A stretch of 64,000 nt of DNA from Octopus bimaculoides. Lineage: Eukaryota. This document shows, piece after piece, positions 12,533 to 26,472 of the stretch (position 1 is its first letter; the number at the start of each line of letters is the position of its first letter). The notes under the pieces were generated by a model. That model did not search any database and was not told where the DNA came from. It saw only the letters and a program-made list of their open reading frames with translations. The DNA is taken from assembly GCF_001194135.2 (NCBI RefSeq), contig NC_068993.1, positions 63,155,992 through 63,219,991 of the forward strand. Reading direction: 5' to 3'. The translations under genes were made by a program, and so were the position numbers.

Positions 12533-14509
12533 AAAAAAAGAAGCAACTCAGGAGAGAGTGAGATAGGGAGGGGGGGGGTGTGCTGTGAGTGATGGGAGTC
12601 ATGGAATGGAGAGGATGTTGTTACTTTCATTTAGCATTGCCCTTATTTTGTGTTTCGCTTTTCAAGTCGCTTCTTACCATAAACTGTTATGTATTTTCTG
12701 GCACACACGTTAACATAGCATATTGTGTAAACATTGAAACCCGATCAGTTTCTTTCCATGGAACTCTTGGTCCTCCAAAGCCATCTTCGTGTAGAAGTCA
12801 ACCTACCTTCTGTCTTTGACCGTAAATTTCACTCTGAAGAATCTGACTCCTATGCTGGAAAATATAGTACATACCAATTACCACAGGTGCACACACACTC
12901 ACACACATGCATATGCAATGGGCTTCTTCAGTTGCAGTGGTGAGGCTTTAATTGGTCACTCAACTCTATGGAAGACGTGTACTCAAGATAGGAAATATAC
13001 AGAGATTGAACCTCAAGCCATGTGATTACAAAGTGGAGTACTTAAACTTGTTTTTTTTGGGGTTTTTTTTAAAATAAATGAATCAAAATTTGTTCCATTA
13101 TAACTTCCAAGGTTCCATAATTGTCTAAGTTTTACCAAAGTCCCCTTTTCTTTTACCTTCAGGCTTTCTCTCACACTCCTTCCTTCTATCTCTTTCTAGC
13201 TTGACTCTCCTCTTCTTTAAGGCCTTCCCTTTCTCTTTGTCTCCCTTTTCTTACTATCGCTTTCTCTCACTCCCTTCCTCTTTCCTCATCAAATATTTTG
13301 TGTATTAAATGAGATGAAAACTAATCAAATTATAAAAGAAAAACAGACAAAACAAAAACAACACCAACAAAAACCTCTGAATAATGTTTTTAAAATCCTA
13401 TTTCCTTGCTCTTCTCCAATCTGATGTGAAACTTTCTTCTGAAGTGTGTGTAATTCCAAAAATTAATTACTTAGCATTAATAGCTTTAAAGTTGGCTAAG
13501 CATCAGTCCTATTTGGCAAGAACCTGTTTAGTTTTCTCTAAGATCTATTAGAATAATGCAGATAGTATTTCTGAAGAGAATGTACTTTCAAGAAGAGCCT
13601 CTTCCAACCCCCACAAACTCATGCACCAACAAACAAACCATTTTGTGGTCAACCAACTTACCCAAAATAGCCAATTCTCTTTGTATCAATAACACTTTAC
13701 TGGCTTAAGAAAAAAGGAAAGTGGAATGATGAACCTGAAGAATGACAGACAAGATCGTCGTATCTGGAACACTTTGGCCCTAAGCCTCGTTAATCAGGGC
13801 TAGTAAGGATACGAAACAACAACGATGACCTCCACGCCATACACACATGAGCATGAATGTATGTATGGCACAAACCTGCCCACAAACGGTATGGAGTTAA
13901 AGTACACATCTAAATGATTAAGAAATTTGTTTTCTGTAATATTATCCAACACCAATGGCTGAATAAATTGGGACAAATTATATTTATTTTAGAATTTTAA
14001 TTACTATCCACATTCTTTGGGTGTGAACAGTTACTGCTCTGCATTTTTTTGTCCCCCAGTTGTATTGATTTGTATATTATTTGAATTGAGAGTTTGAGAG
14101 TTACGACGTGCCCTTTCGACTAGTTTGGCTTACAAACTACAAACTATTGTCTATCAACATTCAAATGTCTTCACCAGCTGTGGTTCTTCCATGTATTTAT
14201 GGTTATTGGCTTGTTTTTGGTAATATTTAACTTATTGACAACTTGATTTATAGTTAAAAGATGTTTTATCTGCCAGCCATTCACACTAAATATTACCAAT
14301 AGTTGATCATGGCATTGCGCTATTCTAATACTAAATCACCCTGTCAGTAAGTTTACTGTGTTATTTTTAAAATGTTTATTTTCTTTCTGATTACTGCCAG
14401 CAAATGTACAGTTTATAATGATAATTTTTCACCAATATTCTTGGTTCGATTAGTATGGTAGTCAAATTTTTATTGGTTCTATATGATTATAAATTATTAT
14501 TTAGTCAAG

Positions 14510-14945
14510 ATGGTGAGCTAGCAAAATCGTTAACAAGATGGACGAAATGCTTAGTGACATTTCTTCTGACTCATTACATTCTCAGTTCTGTATTAGGGCA
14601 ATTACTCCCCTAGCATAATTACCCCCCCCCCCACACACACACACACCACACCAATAGGACAATTACCCCTGATGACAACTATCCCCCAGGACAATTACTC
14701 CCCTTGATTAATTACCCCTCTCCAATGTATTAAGAAGTTTTAGATCATCTGTTGTTGTCAGTGGGTTATTGTCTTTGGGGCAGGGCTATTGTCCTAGACT
14801 CCTCAGTTCAACTCCTACCAAAGACAACTTTACTTTCCATTCTTTTGGGGTTGATAAAAATGAAGTACCAGTCAAATACTGGGGATGATATAACAAGCTT
14901 GACTCTCCCCTCTAAATTGCTGGCTTTGTGCCAAAATTAGAATTA
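14510..14945 (+). mobile_element. Family-1 SINE interrupted by a 213-bp insertion (14589-14801)
   Basis: SINE 5' part ends at ctcagttc (14581-14588) and resumes at ctcagttc (14802-14809). Confidence 0.7.
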
Positions 14946-15017
14946 TTTAGCCAAGGTTTGGGTGGGGTGGAAGTCAAATAAGCATCCTTTTCCAGATCGG
15001 CAAGCTTGGCACAGTTG

Positions 15018-15019
<2 letters not shown>

Positions 15020-15050
<31 letters not shown>

Positions 15051-15220
15051 GTTTAACGTCCGCTTTCCATGCTAGCATGGGTTGGACGATTTGACTGAGG
15101 ACTGGTGAAACCGGATGGCAACACCAGGCTCCAGTCTGATTTGGCAGAGTTTCTACAGCTGGATGCCCTTCCTAACGCCAACCACTCAGAGAGTGTAGTG
15201 GGTGCTTTTACGTGTCACCC
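15020..15220 (-). mobile_element. RTE-type LINE/SINE 3' tail, little diverged
   Basis: (CAT)n followed by cgtttaacgtccgctttccatgctagcatgggttggacg...gatgcccttcctaacgccaaccac. Confidence 0.8.
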
Positions 15221-17755
15221 TGATGTTCAGATTAAATTTCTGAAGGTTGTTAATGTGGAACAAAATAGGAATTGACCAGTGGAGATGAACCACACACATT
15301 GGCTAGACAGGAATAGAGATTTTCAGATATATTTAAGGATTACATTATCCAACATTTTCCTTTTCTTTCTAAGACAATAGAATCTGATTTGAAAGAGACT
15401 TGACTATTATATCTAGCAAGTTTGAACTACTTCATAGAGGCTCTTCAAATAGAGCCTGACTTCTCACTTTTACATTTCATTTCTGCTCTACAGAATTTTT
15501 AAATTTAGCTTCCACACACATCTTCTTACACAATGCTCTCTAAATATTTCATTCAGGCTTCAATTTTGTTCTTTAAATAGTATTTTAATGGAAATATGCT
15601 ATATTTTGTGCAAGAAAAAAAGGAATCCTCTTGTTATTAACTTTGCCCTCTCACACTTTTCCATTCCTTACTTTTCACTTACCATTTATTGTATAAAGCA
15701 CAATTCATCACAAAAACCACTTAATCACTGCAGCTTCAAGGAAACTTCTTTGTCAAATGTGAAGAACCTGTTTAGTATCAGGAGAATGTGTGGGGTACAT
15801 TTGTACTCAGGAAAAATAGTGAATCTTTAATTTTGCATGTTAATAGGTCTATAGCTGAGGTTTCGTTACTGTGTTAATCTGATGGATTAAACCATTATTC
15901 AAGATTGTGAAAGGAAAGTGGGAGGTGAAGGGGGCGGTGTAGTGAGTGAACAGAAATAGAGGGAGGAACTTGTTAGGGGAACATGTGTGATGTGATGTGT
16001 GTGTTATGGGCTTTCTGCAGTTCCTTTCTATGAAATCAATTCCCAAGGCAATGGTTAGTCTGGGGTTCTTTTAGAAGACATTTGCTCACAGTTTTCCAAA
16101 TACTGCACAGTGGAGTTGGATCCATAAACATGTGATAACAAAGCGATGCCTGTGTCTACTTGTACTCTAAGTAAACTATAGGACGTTGGATATATTTAGA
16201 ACTGTGTAAACATGCTGAATAACATATTCCACCAATACTCAACTACAACATTTTTGGATTACCAATTGATCTTTCTATTTACAAGTGCTAAATTTGAAAT
16301 AGGAATCTCTTGTATAGCGCTGTTGTTAGCTTTGCTCTAGATTACTTTACCGTTCTATCATGTACAGGAATCAATTGTTCTTCAACAAAAAATTTTATTT
16401 ATATATTTTTATTACAACTTTTCCACAAAGCTGGTCAATAAATACAGTATATATGTGTACAAAGGATGTGTGTATACATATGTGTGTGTGTGTGTGTATG
16501 TATGTGCGTGTGTGTATATTTGTGAATGTGTGTTGATAGATATATAACTGGAGATGTGTGGTTTTATGTATTTGTATACATATAAATTTGTGCATGCTTG
16601 TATGTGTATATATGTAAGTGTGTATGTATATTTATCTATGTATATATTTGTTATATAGATGTATATATACATATATATGGATGTATGATTATATATATAA
16701 ATAAATAATATCTGGATGTGTGTGTGCGTGTGTGTGTGTGTGTATGTCAGTATAGAAATATGTGTGCATCTATATATATATATATATATATAAGGCAGTG
16801 ATCTATATAGTTTGTTTGTTGAAATATTGATTCTGAAATAAACACTGGCAACACTACCAGACCCCCACAAAACTCACATCTCAACCCACTTGCCCCTCAT
16901 ACAACTCATTCTGATTCTTGGAAATTGTATAACATCTTTCATTTTTTTATCACTTTTCTCAGTGTTTCAATATATTCCATCTTTCAGGAAAATTACATTC
17001 TTTTCATGTTTTTAAATTTCTCTGGGAATTCTTTTATTTAAAAAAAAAAACCTAAGAAAAATATGTATATAGAATATATTGTTTATTGAAGCCTCCAAGA
17101 ATGGTTATATTGTCGCCTTTGGCACAAGTTTTATTTCTTAGGGTTTTTTTTGTTTGTTTGCTTCTCTCTTTTCTTTTTCTGTATGAAGAGTGAGAAGAGT
17201 GTTGTCTTGGATAAGTGAGTTTCATTGTTCCATATTGCTCCATATCATTCCATTATTGTTCTTACTTATCTGACAATATTTATAGAGGTGGCGAGAAGAG
17301 GAGGGGTTGAGTTACTAATGTGAATGACTTTCGTTATGCCACATACATACAAAAGACATCAGAAACAAGAATGGTGAACTATACATTGTTGAAAACTTGT
17401 TTACTGAAATATTATACACAATGCATTCATATTAAATCTTTCAACGTGAATGTACTGTATATAATATTGTAATAAACAAGTTTTGAAGGATATATGACTT
17501 TCCATCCTTGTTTATAATATCTTCAATATGCAGTTGTGTTCTGTCATTCAATGTGGTGAGTCAGAACCTGGAGTATATCAGAGTTCTTGTAAGGTACCTG
17601 CTCAGAATCAAAATCTCTATTCCTTTACATTATATATATATATATATATATATATNNNNNNNNNNNNNNNNNNNNNNNNNNNNNNNNNNNNNNNNNNNNN
17701 NNNNNNNNNNNNNNNNNNNNNNNNNNNNNNNNNNNNNNNNNNNNNNNNNNNNNNN

Positions 17756-18150
17756 TTTCGTCGCTTTGAGACCGCGACCTGTTCACTGACAAAATTCTGT
17801 GCTTTCATTTCTCTGCAATCACGTCCTTCACTCTGTTCCATTCTTGAATTGTTTCATTCCCACAATGATATTCCTAGCAAAGATCTTTCCATGGCCCTTT
17901 GTTTTCATAGCCAATCAATGTTCTTCCCTCTTCATAGTAGCACAGGTAGGATGATGCTATTGAAGAGTCTGGTATGCAGGGTGTTGTCTAGCTTTATTTT
18001 GAGGGCATCTTTTATTGAGTTAAATGCCTTCCATTTCACCTTTGTTCTCTTTGAGATTTCAACATCCATATATCGACACATACCCACTGTAAAGAGATGT
18101 ACTCTTTTACCCCTTCCATTTCATTGCTTCTCACCTCTATTTGGCCTTCT
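17756..18150 (-). mobile_element. RTE-clade LINE ORF2 fragment (post-RT region), decayed
   Basis: Minus translation EISKRTKVKWKAFNSIKDALKIKLDNTLHTRLFNSIILPVLL...QRAMERSLLGISL, typical RTE C-terminal motifs, with stops. Confidence 0.8.
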
Positions 18151-18195
18151 GCTGTCTTCTGGCCACATATCATTTGTGTGTATCTAGCTATCTGC

Positions 18196-18226
<31 letters not shown>

Positions 18227-18310
18227 CACACACACACACAAATATGAACTATTCTATCCATACCAGCATAGAAAATGGGTATTAAATGATGACGATGAGA
18301 TATACATACA

Positions 18311-18347
<37 letters not shown>

Positions 18348-19059
18348 ACCACAAACATGCATAATAGTGGTACAAGAAAAGTAGAAAAGAGTTTTCTTAG
18401 TTCCCCTCTCAGTGTCGGCTGGTTGGTTGGTTGGTTGGTTGGTTGGCTGGCTGGTTGGTTTAGTTAACTGCCTGGTTGATCCATCAGATCAAAAAGAAAT
18501 GGTCAATAACAGATCAATCGGGCAATCAATATAGAAATAAAGTAAAATAAACGAATAAAGAAATAAGGCCGTGTGTTAACATAATTGCTTTTAATTAGGC
18601 TTGAATTTCATATGCTAGAAGTGTTGAGTTGAGTAACTTGCCCAGGGAGTTGGGAGGCCAGCATAACATCTGCAGAGGAAAATGGAAATGTTGCCAAAAT
18701 GTTATTTTGGTACAATATCTGCTTGTAATTCATAATACAAGCTAATGAAACCCCACCAGAAGCCAGGAATTTGGTGATACTTCCTCTTTTTACTTGTTTA
18801 ACTGCCAGCTTCAGATGAAGCAGACCCCTGATCAAAAGCAGTCTATCAAAGAATATGTTCTTTTTTTAAAAATTTTTAAAAATCTTTTTGCACACATAGT
18901 GTCCCTTGGTCTGCATTAAAGATTTGATTTGAGGGCAATTTAGCTTCTATTTTTAGCAGGTTGAGAGACTGTGTAAAGGCTCTTGTTAGCTCATTCTCTG
19001 GTTAGTCACTACAATTTCCAAACTGTTGTTGTTTTACTAAGTATTTACTAGCATTCCAT

Positions 19060-19365
19060 TGGTTGTGACAACGAAGGTTCCACTTGATCCAATCAATGGA
19101 ACAGCCTGCTCATGAAATTAATGTGCAAGTGGCTGAGCACTCCACAGACACAGATACCCATAATGCAGTTCTGAAGGAGACTCAGCATGACCCAGAATGT
19201 GACAAGGCTGGCCCCTTCGAAAAACAGGTACAACTCGTTTTTAGCAGCCGAGTGGAGTGGAGCGACACAAAATAAAGTGTCTTGCTCAAGGACACAACAC
19301 ATTGCTGGGAATCGAACTCCTGATGTTGCAGTCACAAACTGAACACCCTAACCACTAAGCCACAC
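19060..19365 (-). mobile_element. tRNA-derived SINE with CORE-like core (family 3)
   Basis: Reverse complement reads ggcttagtggttagggtg...gagttcgattccc...gtgtccttgagcaagacacttt. Related copies at 26215-26472 and 49490-49940. Confidence 0.75.
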
Positions 19366-19984
19366 TGTTTATTAAATGGCTGAAGGAATTCATTTCGGGA
19401 TTTATTCTGCTCCCTTTGGAAATACAAACACCACTAGGTAATCATGATGGTATTCACAAATACAAACTTATATCATGGGGTTCCACGGCATTGATTGACC
19501 TAAGGCTGTGGTGGAGGGAAACTGACCTGAGGTGCTGTGCAATGGATTAACATGTAATAAAGTGTCTTGCTCAAGGCCACAATGCTTCGCGAGATATAAA
19601 ACTCCTGAGCCGAATGCACACTAACCAGTTAACCAGTTGCCTTTGTACTTGGTATAAAGTTCATTTAAATGGCAGGGACAGAGTATGTTCGTTATATATT
19701 ATGTCAATATTTCCCCAATGTTGATTTAGGTTTAAAGAAAACATCAACAACAACCACAACATAGCCGTTTAGTACAAAGCGCTACCATTTCCATCCACTC
19801 TCTCCAAAGTTAAAATAAATCAATGAAATACACAAACATTTCAGTTTTGTCCATTAACCACTGCGCACGATTGGAGCATTGATGTTGTTGTTGTTGTTGT
19901 TGTTGTTTGTGCTATTGCTATTATTGTCATTGTCATTAATGTTATTGTTGTGGTCATCGTTGATGTTGTGGTTGTTGTTGATAT

Positions 19985-20272
19985 TGTTGTTTTCTCCAAC
20001 GCCAACCATTCTGAGAGTGTAGTGAGTGCTTTTTACATGCCACTGGCACAAGGGCCAGTCAGGCGGTACTGGCATCAACCATGCTCAAATGATGTTTTTT
20101 ATTTGCCACCGGCATGGGAGCCAGTCAGGCAACACTGGCAATGACCCACACTCGAATATTGCTTTTTACGTACCACCGGCACAAGAGCCAGTCAGGTGAC
20201 ACTGGCAACTGCCACGCTCGAACAGTGCTTTTTACATGCCACCAGCATGGGACCAGTCAGGTGGCACTGGCC
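19985..20272 (-). mobile_element. RTE-type 3' UTR containing four tandem units of about 66 bp
   Basis: Unit tttttac.tgccac.ggcac.agagccagtcagg...actggca...cacgctc.aa..gtgc is repeated 4 times (20031-20272) next to the ccaacgccaaccat tail motif. Confidence 0.65.
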
Positions 20273-21777
20273 CTGAAATAACTGGCCTTGTGCCAAAATT
20301 TGAAATCAATATTACAATTATGAATATAGAATCAAACAAAAATAACTCAAAATACATTTGCATATAATTAACCTATTTACCATTGTGTCTAGTGGAACCC
20401 TAGTGACCTTTCAGAGAACCCTATGGTTCTTGGAGAAACCTCATTTGAGAGACACTGGCCTAGCGGCTTCCAACGAGGCCGCTTTGGTCTCTCACAATTG
20501 AATGAACCAGTGACAGGCGAGGGAAAAATGTGCTAAAGCAGGCATTGTTTAACATTCCGTGATATTAATGCAGTAACACACATAATGTTCTATATTAGCT
20601 GCCATCATTACACGTTCCCATCTGTGTTTGTTACAAATAACACTGTTTGCTTGCTTCCTCTAGCAATACTAAATTATATTAAGTTATTGTATAACAAAAT
20701 ATTTTGCTTAAATTATTATATATTTTTATTGATATATCACCAGGAATAAAATCTGTTGATTAAAAAAAAAAAGAAACAATCCTAAATCTTGAGATATTTT
20801 ACAGGTTTCTGTGTATCTTTTACACTAACCTTTTATCAGATATTGCATACTAGTCTGTTTCTCTCTCTCTCTCTCCCCTGTTTTCTTTCTTTCTATCTCT
20901 GTTTCTGTTCTTTTCTCTTTCTCTGTGTTCTGTTTTCTCTTTTACTTTCTGACCCTCTCTCTCTCATTCACAATTCTGTTCATTTTTTTTTTCTCTCTCT
21001 CTCGCTTTCTTTTCTCTTTCATACACATTTATATGGCTTCCATTGAGTATTATGTAAAGTTCTTGAAGTAAGCTAATAAACCAGAACATATTGAAAATCT
21101 AATCTTACATTTACTCTAATTCTGTTTTGAAGGAGGAAAAAAACCTATTTTTTTCATATTCTTCTTCATTCAAACAAAATCATTTATTTTTATACTTTCA
21201 TATTTTTATATACATATATATTTTTAAAAAAAAACATTTTTCTTCTTCATGTAGTCATTATTGAAGCAGACATCATGGTGCATTACAATATTTCTGTTGA
21301 TTTGTTCATAATTTAATTTTAATTCTTACAAAATACAACTTCAATCACAACCTGGATTCTTTAGTTCTCTTGAAGAATTCCATTTTTTTAAATCATGTCC
21401 TGCCAAAGGCGTCTGATTGGCTCATTATAAAAAGAAAGAATGGATTGAGCATAATTGAAACAAAATCGTTATTGTTGATTAACCCTAGGGCAACTCTGTT
21501 TGAGTAGACCATTGATCAAAGACGTTCCAACTTTGACCATTCCAAATTTTGTTTGTACAGGATTACACTGTCTAATGTGTCCTTCATTTTTTTAATATGG
21601 TTGGATGAGATTTAAGGGATTTAACTGCTATTTCTAGCAAGTCGGTTGACCATGGAGCAGCTGTGTTCTTATCTTCATTTGTACAAAGAACATCAAGCAA
21701 TGCGAGTTCTCCCACTGGTACCATTCTGGGCCAAGGGTGACACCAGTCTTGGTCAGGATTTCTCATACAGTCCTTTG

Positions 21778-21849
21778 TCAGGTTTTCACTGGCTTGTCTC
21801 CCCTTCCTCCTTCCCCCTTTAACTTGCCAGTCTCTCCAATAGTAAGCAT
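21778..21849 (-). CDS. Candidate terminal exon, phase 0, MLTIGETGKLKGEGGRGDKPVKT* (a phase-1 frame DAYYWRDWQVKG... is also open)
   Basis: Acceptor ggaattttaatgtag|ATG, purine-rich and non-repetitive. Frame is ambiguous. Confidence 0.2.
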   Translation of the reverse strand: MLTIGETGKLKGEGGRGDKPVKT

Positions 21850-21957
21850 CTACATTAAAATTCCAAGTGGAAATGGTAAAGTCAAATACAAACAGAATGT
21901 CTGAAGTGTTTTATCTTTCTGTTTACATGTTTATTTACTTACATGTTGTCATGTTCT

Positions 21958-22028
<71 letters not shown>

Positions 22029-23229
22029 GAGAGAGAGAGTGAGTGTTTGTGTGGTGGTGCAACTTTTTGAAATACTGAAATGATGATTAAATTACAAAAA
22101 TCAAATTTAGAACTGATGAGTTAACAAAAAGAATCATTGATCAATAGTGAAAAATTTCGGTAATTTTCTTTTTTCTTTTAATGTTGACTTTTAAAGTTAA
22201 AAGCAAAAATGAATAGAAAAACTTTAACAATACAAAATTTAGTCAGAAAATACAGCATGACGGTCTCTGACAATTTAAATAAAATTTACTCTTCTCTGCA
22301 TCTCACATTAAAATTATTAATGATATCAGTTAAATATCAATGTTCACTGGAATTTCAGTTTTGATACATTTATCATTCTTAATTTGTTAAGTTTTCTGCA
22401 TCTTACATGATCTCAGATAAATTCGTATAAGTTTTGGAAATATTCTTTCAGTGAAAACTTGTTTTTTCTAAGACGTTACTGGAAATTCTTGAAATTATTT
22501 GAAAATATTTAATTGAAATTAGCTGAAAAATTAACTCCAGCCAATATATTAAGTTTAATGCGTGGTAAAAGTTTAATCTTTTAATTTGAGAAAATTTATA
22601 ATTTGATTATTTTTTGTTCATTATCTAACATATTTTGTTAATCTGTACAAACTGACAGTTTGCTTTCAATTTTTATTAACAACTGTTTCAGATAGAATAA
22701 AAATTAATTTTTTATATTTTTAATATACTTTAACATTGTCTTTATTGAAAATATCTCCGTATTCAAAATTATTTAATAAAAACTTAGTTACATTCCTGTA
22801 TGTATTGATTGGACTATTAAACTATTCATTTGTATTCATTTTGATTAACATTAATCTCGTTTAAAGCAAGCTGTGAGGCAAACAGAACAAAACTGTTGTA
22901 TTTGCGAATATGTATGCCCCAAGGAAATTTTCAACTGCTAACAACCTCATTACTGGCAAGAATTATTACAAGTCTGTACAACATTTTTGAAGTAAATGTT
23001 ACCACAGGCAGAAAAAGATACAAGCTAAACATATATTCTGTTTGTGACGAAACAAAGCTCATCTTTTTTTTGTGTAGGTTTGCCTTTTCTGCTCTCTGTA
23101 TCCTTTTAGTTTAGCTCTATAGACTGATGAAAATTCAATATTTGCGTGAATTTAACGATAGTGTTGCTTGCATAGCAAAACAATATGAAATTATCTAAAG
23201 CTTCCTAACATCTAGTAAACAGTAGGCAT

Positions 23230-23582
23230 AGGCATAACTGTGTGGCATTTTGCTTCTCTGCCACATGGTTCTGGGTTCAGTCCCACTGTGTGGCATCTTA
23301 AGCAAACCGGTGCCTTATGAGTGGATTTGGTAAATGAAAACTGAAAGAACGTCATCATGTTTGCATGACTTTGTGTGTGTATATGTGTGTGTGTGATATG
23401 TGTGTGTCTTGACATAGTTGTAAATGAGTATCCCTGTCATACAAGCAGCATCATTCTGTGAGAACACATCCAGCCACGGAAGAAATATTTCTTTGCTTGA
23501 TAATAGGTGAGGGCCAGCTAGGGGAAGGGCATCTGCCTCAATAAACTCCCCCAACCCCAAAGTGGATGCTAAAATGATGACA
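23230..23582 (+). mobile_element. Composite SINE (family-2 tRNA-like head, body, RTE-like tail)
   Basis: actgtgtggc...ggttcagtcccactgtgtggc...gtggatttggta...ggggaagggcatctg...gatgctaaaatgatgac. Confidence 0.7.
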
Positions 23583-23821
23583 CACAGACACACACAGTAG
23601 CAGTCATATCAAAAGATAATGAATGCAATAAGAAAGCTAGGTAGAGATTGTGAGGAAAAGTGCCATCTGTAACTTGCCAATAATATTCTATTTCGATTAG
23701 GAATTCTATATTTTGACCAATGCTTATAAACCATGACAAAAAACAAAAACAAAAAAAACATGGTGTACACAACAAAGAGCGACAACAAAGATTGATGGGT
23801 TTCTCTGTTGCTGTGTTTGTA

Positions 23822-23883
23822 TCAGATGACAATAAATAGTAACAAGTAGCAAGGTACTGCACTGGAACAGACATCTCCAATTC
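23822..23883 (-). CDS. Candidate terminal exon, phase 1, (G)IGDVCSSAVPCYLLLFIVI*, resembling a GPI signal or tail anchor
   Basis: Acceptor ccttattttcccatgtcggcag|GA. Small residues (CSSA) followed by a C-terminal hydrophobic run and a stop. Confidence 0.3.
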
Positions 23884-23984
23884 CTGCCGACATGGGAAAA
23901 TAAGGATAGAAAGTGATGATAATTGCTCTTATACGGCAGTGAAAGAACATTTAATTATAGCAAGGCAGAGTGATAAGAATATAT

Positions 23985-24214
23985 CATCATCATTTTAATG
24001 TCCACTTTTTCTTGCTTGTGTGGATCAGACAGAGTTTATTGAGGCAGATTATCTTTGATCAGATGCCTTCCCTGTTGCCAACCATCACTTGTTCACCAAG
24101 TGAGGTAATATTTTTTCTTTGACCAAACATGTTTTTATGAAAGAATGGAAATGGTGGACACTACTTGCATGATAGTGACACTTGTTTACAGCTATCATGT
24201 GAAGTCAGGACATA

Positions 24215-24251
<37 letters not shown>

Positions 24252-24382
24252 ATTTTTCTGTCTACCAAATCCACTCGCAAGGCATTGGTCAGCTTGGGAC
24301 TATAGCCGAAGACCCTTGTCCAAGGCACCACACATTGGTACTGAACCTGACACCATGTAATTAAGAAACAAACTGCCCACAG
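23985..24382 (-). mobile_element. Composite SINE of the same family as 23230-23582, inverted
   Basis: catcatcattttaatgtccac...gatgccttccctgttgccaacc...ttttctgtctaccaaatccactc...caaggcaccacac. Confidence 0.7.
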
Positions 24383-26214
24383 GCATTTAACTGTGTTGCT
24401 ATGGGTATATGATGCATGCGTATACATACATGACCATACTCGCATGTATGTATGCACTACCTGCACACCTTTATCCGCATATGAACACATGCGTGCACAT
24501 ATATTACACACCTTCCATGCATATGTATACACACAATGTACTCGTGCCCTCACAACTATATTCTGTTCCCTCAATACCAGGGGTTCCTTTCACTAACCCT
24601 TTACAGTTTGCCCAATACCAACAGTTGATTACATTATATATTTTTTTTTTTATCCCTTAGATACATGTACACACTTATACATGTACACACTTATATGCAT
24701 ACAGAATTGTTGCTCCATGAAAAATGTTGCATCATTCTTGACACGATAAATAAAATTTTCTTGGACGAATGCCAGAAAATGTTTTACCAGGACATCAATA
24801 TTTTTATTGTTGAGTTTATCTTAATACTGTTCCATTCTTAATCTCAGTGACTTACACACACTTATATGATTGCACGAATACAGGTATATATATATATATT
24901 CATGTATTAAAAGCAGACAACATTGCTTGAAAGTTTAAGATAACACTATAGTGTGAGTTTACACTCGCTCGCTCACTCACTTTCACCACTGTAAATATAG
25001 TCTTTCTTCTTTCGAGGCAGTGATTGGAGAGAGATTTGGCTGGTATTTCTAAAAGATAAAGTCGTACAGAAATTTCAAAGTCTTGTTGGTGTTGTTCTTT
25101 GTGTAGCCCTAGGTCAGCCTTGACCAGTCAGACTTATGATCAAAGGAATTGGTAATATTGATATTATTGTATAACATCTAGATTTATGACCAAAAGTACT
25201 TGTGGTGGTGGTGGTGGTGGTGGTGGTGGAGTAGTAGAAATACCGCTCCAGGTTGGTTAGGGTTATGCAGATCTATGATCAAAGGTCATGCAGCTATAAT
25301 GATCCTGTTTTTCTCCGGCCAGTAAATCTAACANNNNNNNNNNNNNNNNNNNNNNNNNNNNNNNNNNNNNNNNNNNNNNNNNNNNNNNNNNNNNNNNNNN
25401 NNNNNNNNNNNNNNNNNNNNNNNNNNNNNNNNNNNNNNNNNNNNNNNNNNNNNNNNNNNNNNNNNNNNNNNNNNNNNNNNNNNNNNNNNNNNNNNNNNNN
25501 NNNNNNNNNNNNCCTTTCACCCCTCCCCTCTCTTATATATACCAACCAAAATCGCAAAACGTCCAAACCAGTTGAAATAATTTACGGTTGATAAAGTTGT
25601 AATAGTTCCCCTGTATCAATAAATTGAATTATATTATTCATTCACAGCATCATTTATTAACCGAATACAATTCTGATGAACATTATTTTAATTCAGCTTT
25701 ATTTATTTATTTAAAAAAAAACTGTTTTTTCGTTTTGTAGAAAATTTTAAATTTGTTTCAAAAATAGAATTATCAATAAGTAGCACATCGCTAAAACATT
25801 TCCATCTCTGCATAACATGTTCTTTGATAAATATTGTTTTTGTATTGGGTTTCTTTTTTTTAATTAAATATGTTATATTTAACATTTCATATTGAGTCAA
25901 AACCAGTTAACTGATAATATATGCATATATAAATATACACACACACATATTATTAATAATCAATAGAAGTTAATAATATTAATAATAAAAAATATATATA
26001 TACTCATATTTTGAGTTCTATTTTTCTGTTTTTAACACCAAATGTATGTGTGTGTATATAATATATATGTACACACACATGACATATATGTAGATGCAAC
26101 AAAACTCCCATAAACTAGAGACCCCTAAACATGTATTTCCTTTACCAGAATTAGAATCCCTTTGAATGACAGTCATGCAATATAAATGTATGGTGCAATA
26201 ACTAACTTGACCCA

Positions 26215-26472
26215 ATCAACAAAACAGCCTGCTTGTGATGAACCTGTAAGCAGTTGAGCACTCTACAGACACGGGTACCCTTAATACTGTTCTCAGGGAG
26301 ATTCAGCACGATACAGAATGGGGCCAGGCTGGCCCTTTAAAATACAGGTACTACTCATTTTTTGCCAGTTGAGTGAACTGGAGTAACATGAAATAAAGTG
26401 TCTTGCTCAAGGACACGCTGCCAGGAATGGAACTCGGGACCTTATGATTGTGAGCTGAATATCCTAAGTCAC
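26215..26472 (-). mobile_element. Family-3 CORE-like SINE
   Basis: aacagcctgcttgtg...gttgagcactctacagacac...aaataaagtgtcttgctcaaggacac. Confidence 0.75.

Noticed and set aside
20031-20272. Regularly spaced repeat units resembling a CRISPR array
   Set aside because: The units are contiguous, diverged tandem repeats without unique spacers, lie inside a retroelement tail, and the DNA is eukaryotic.
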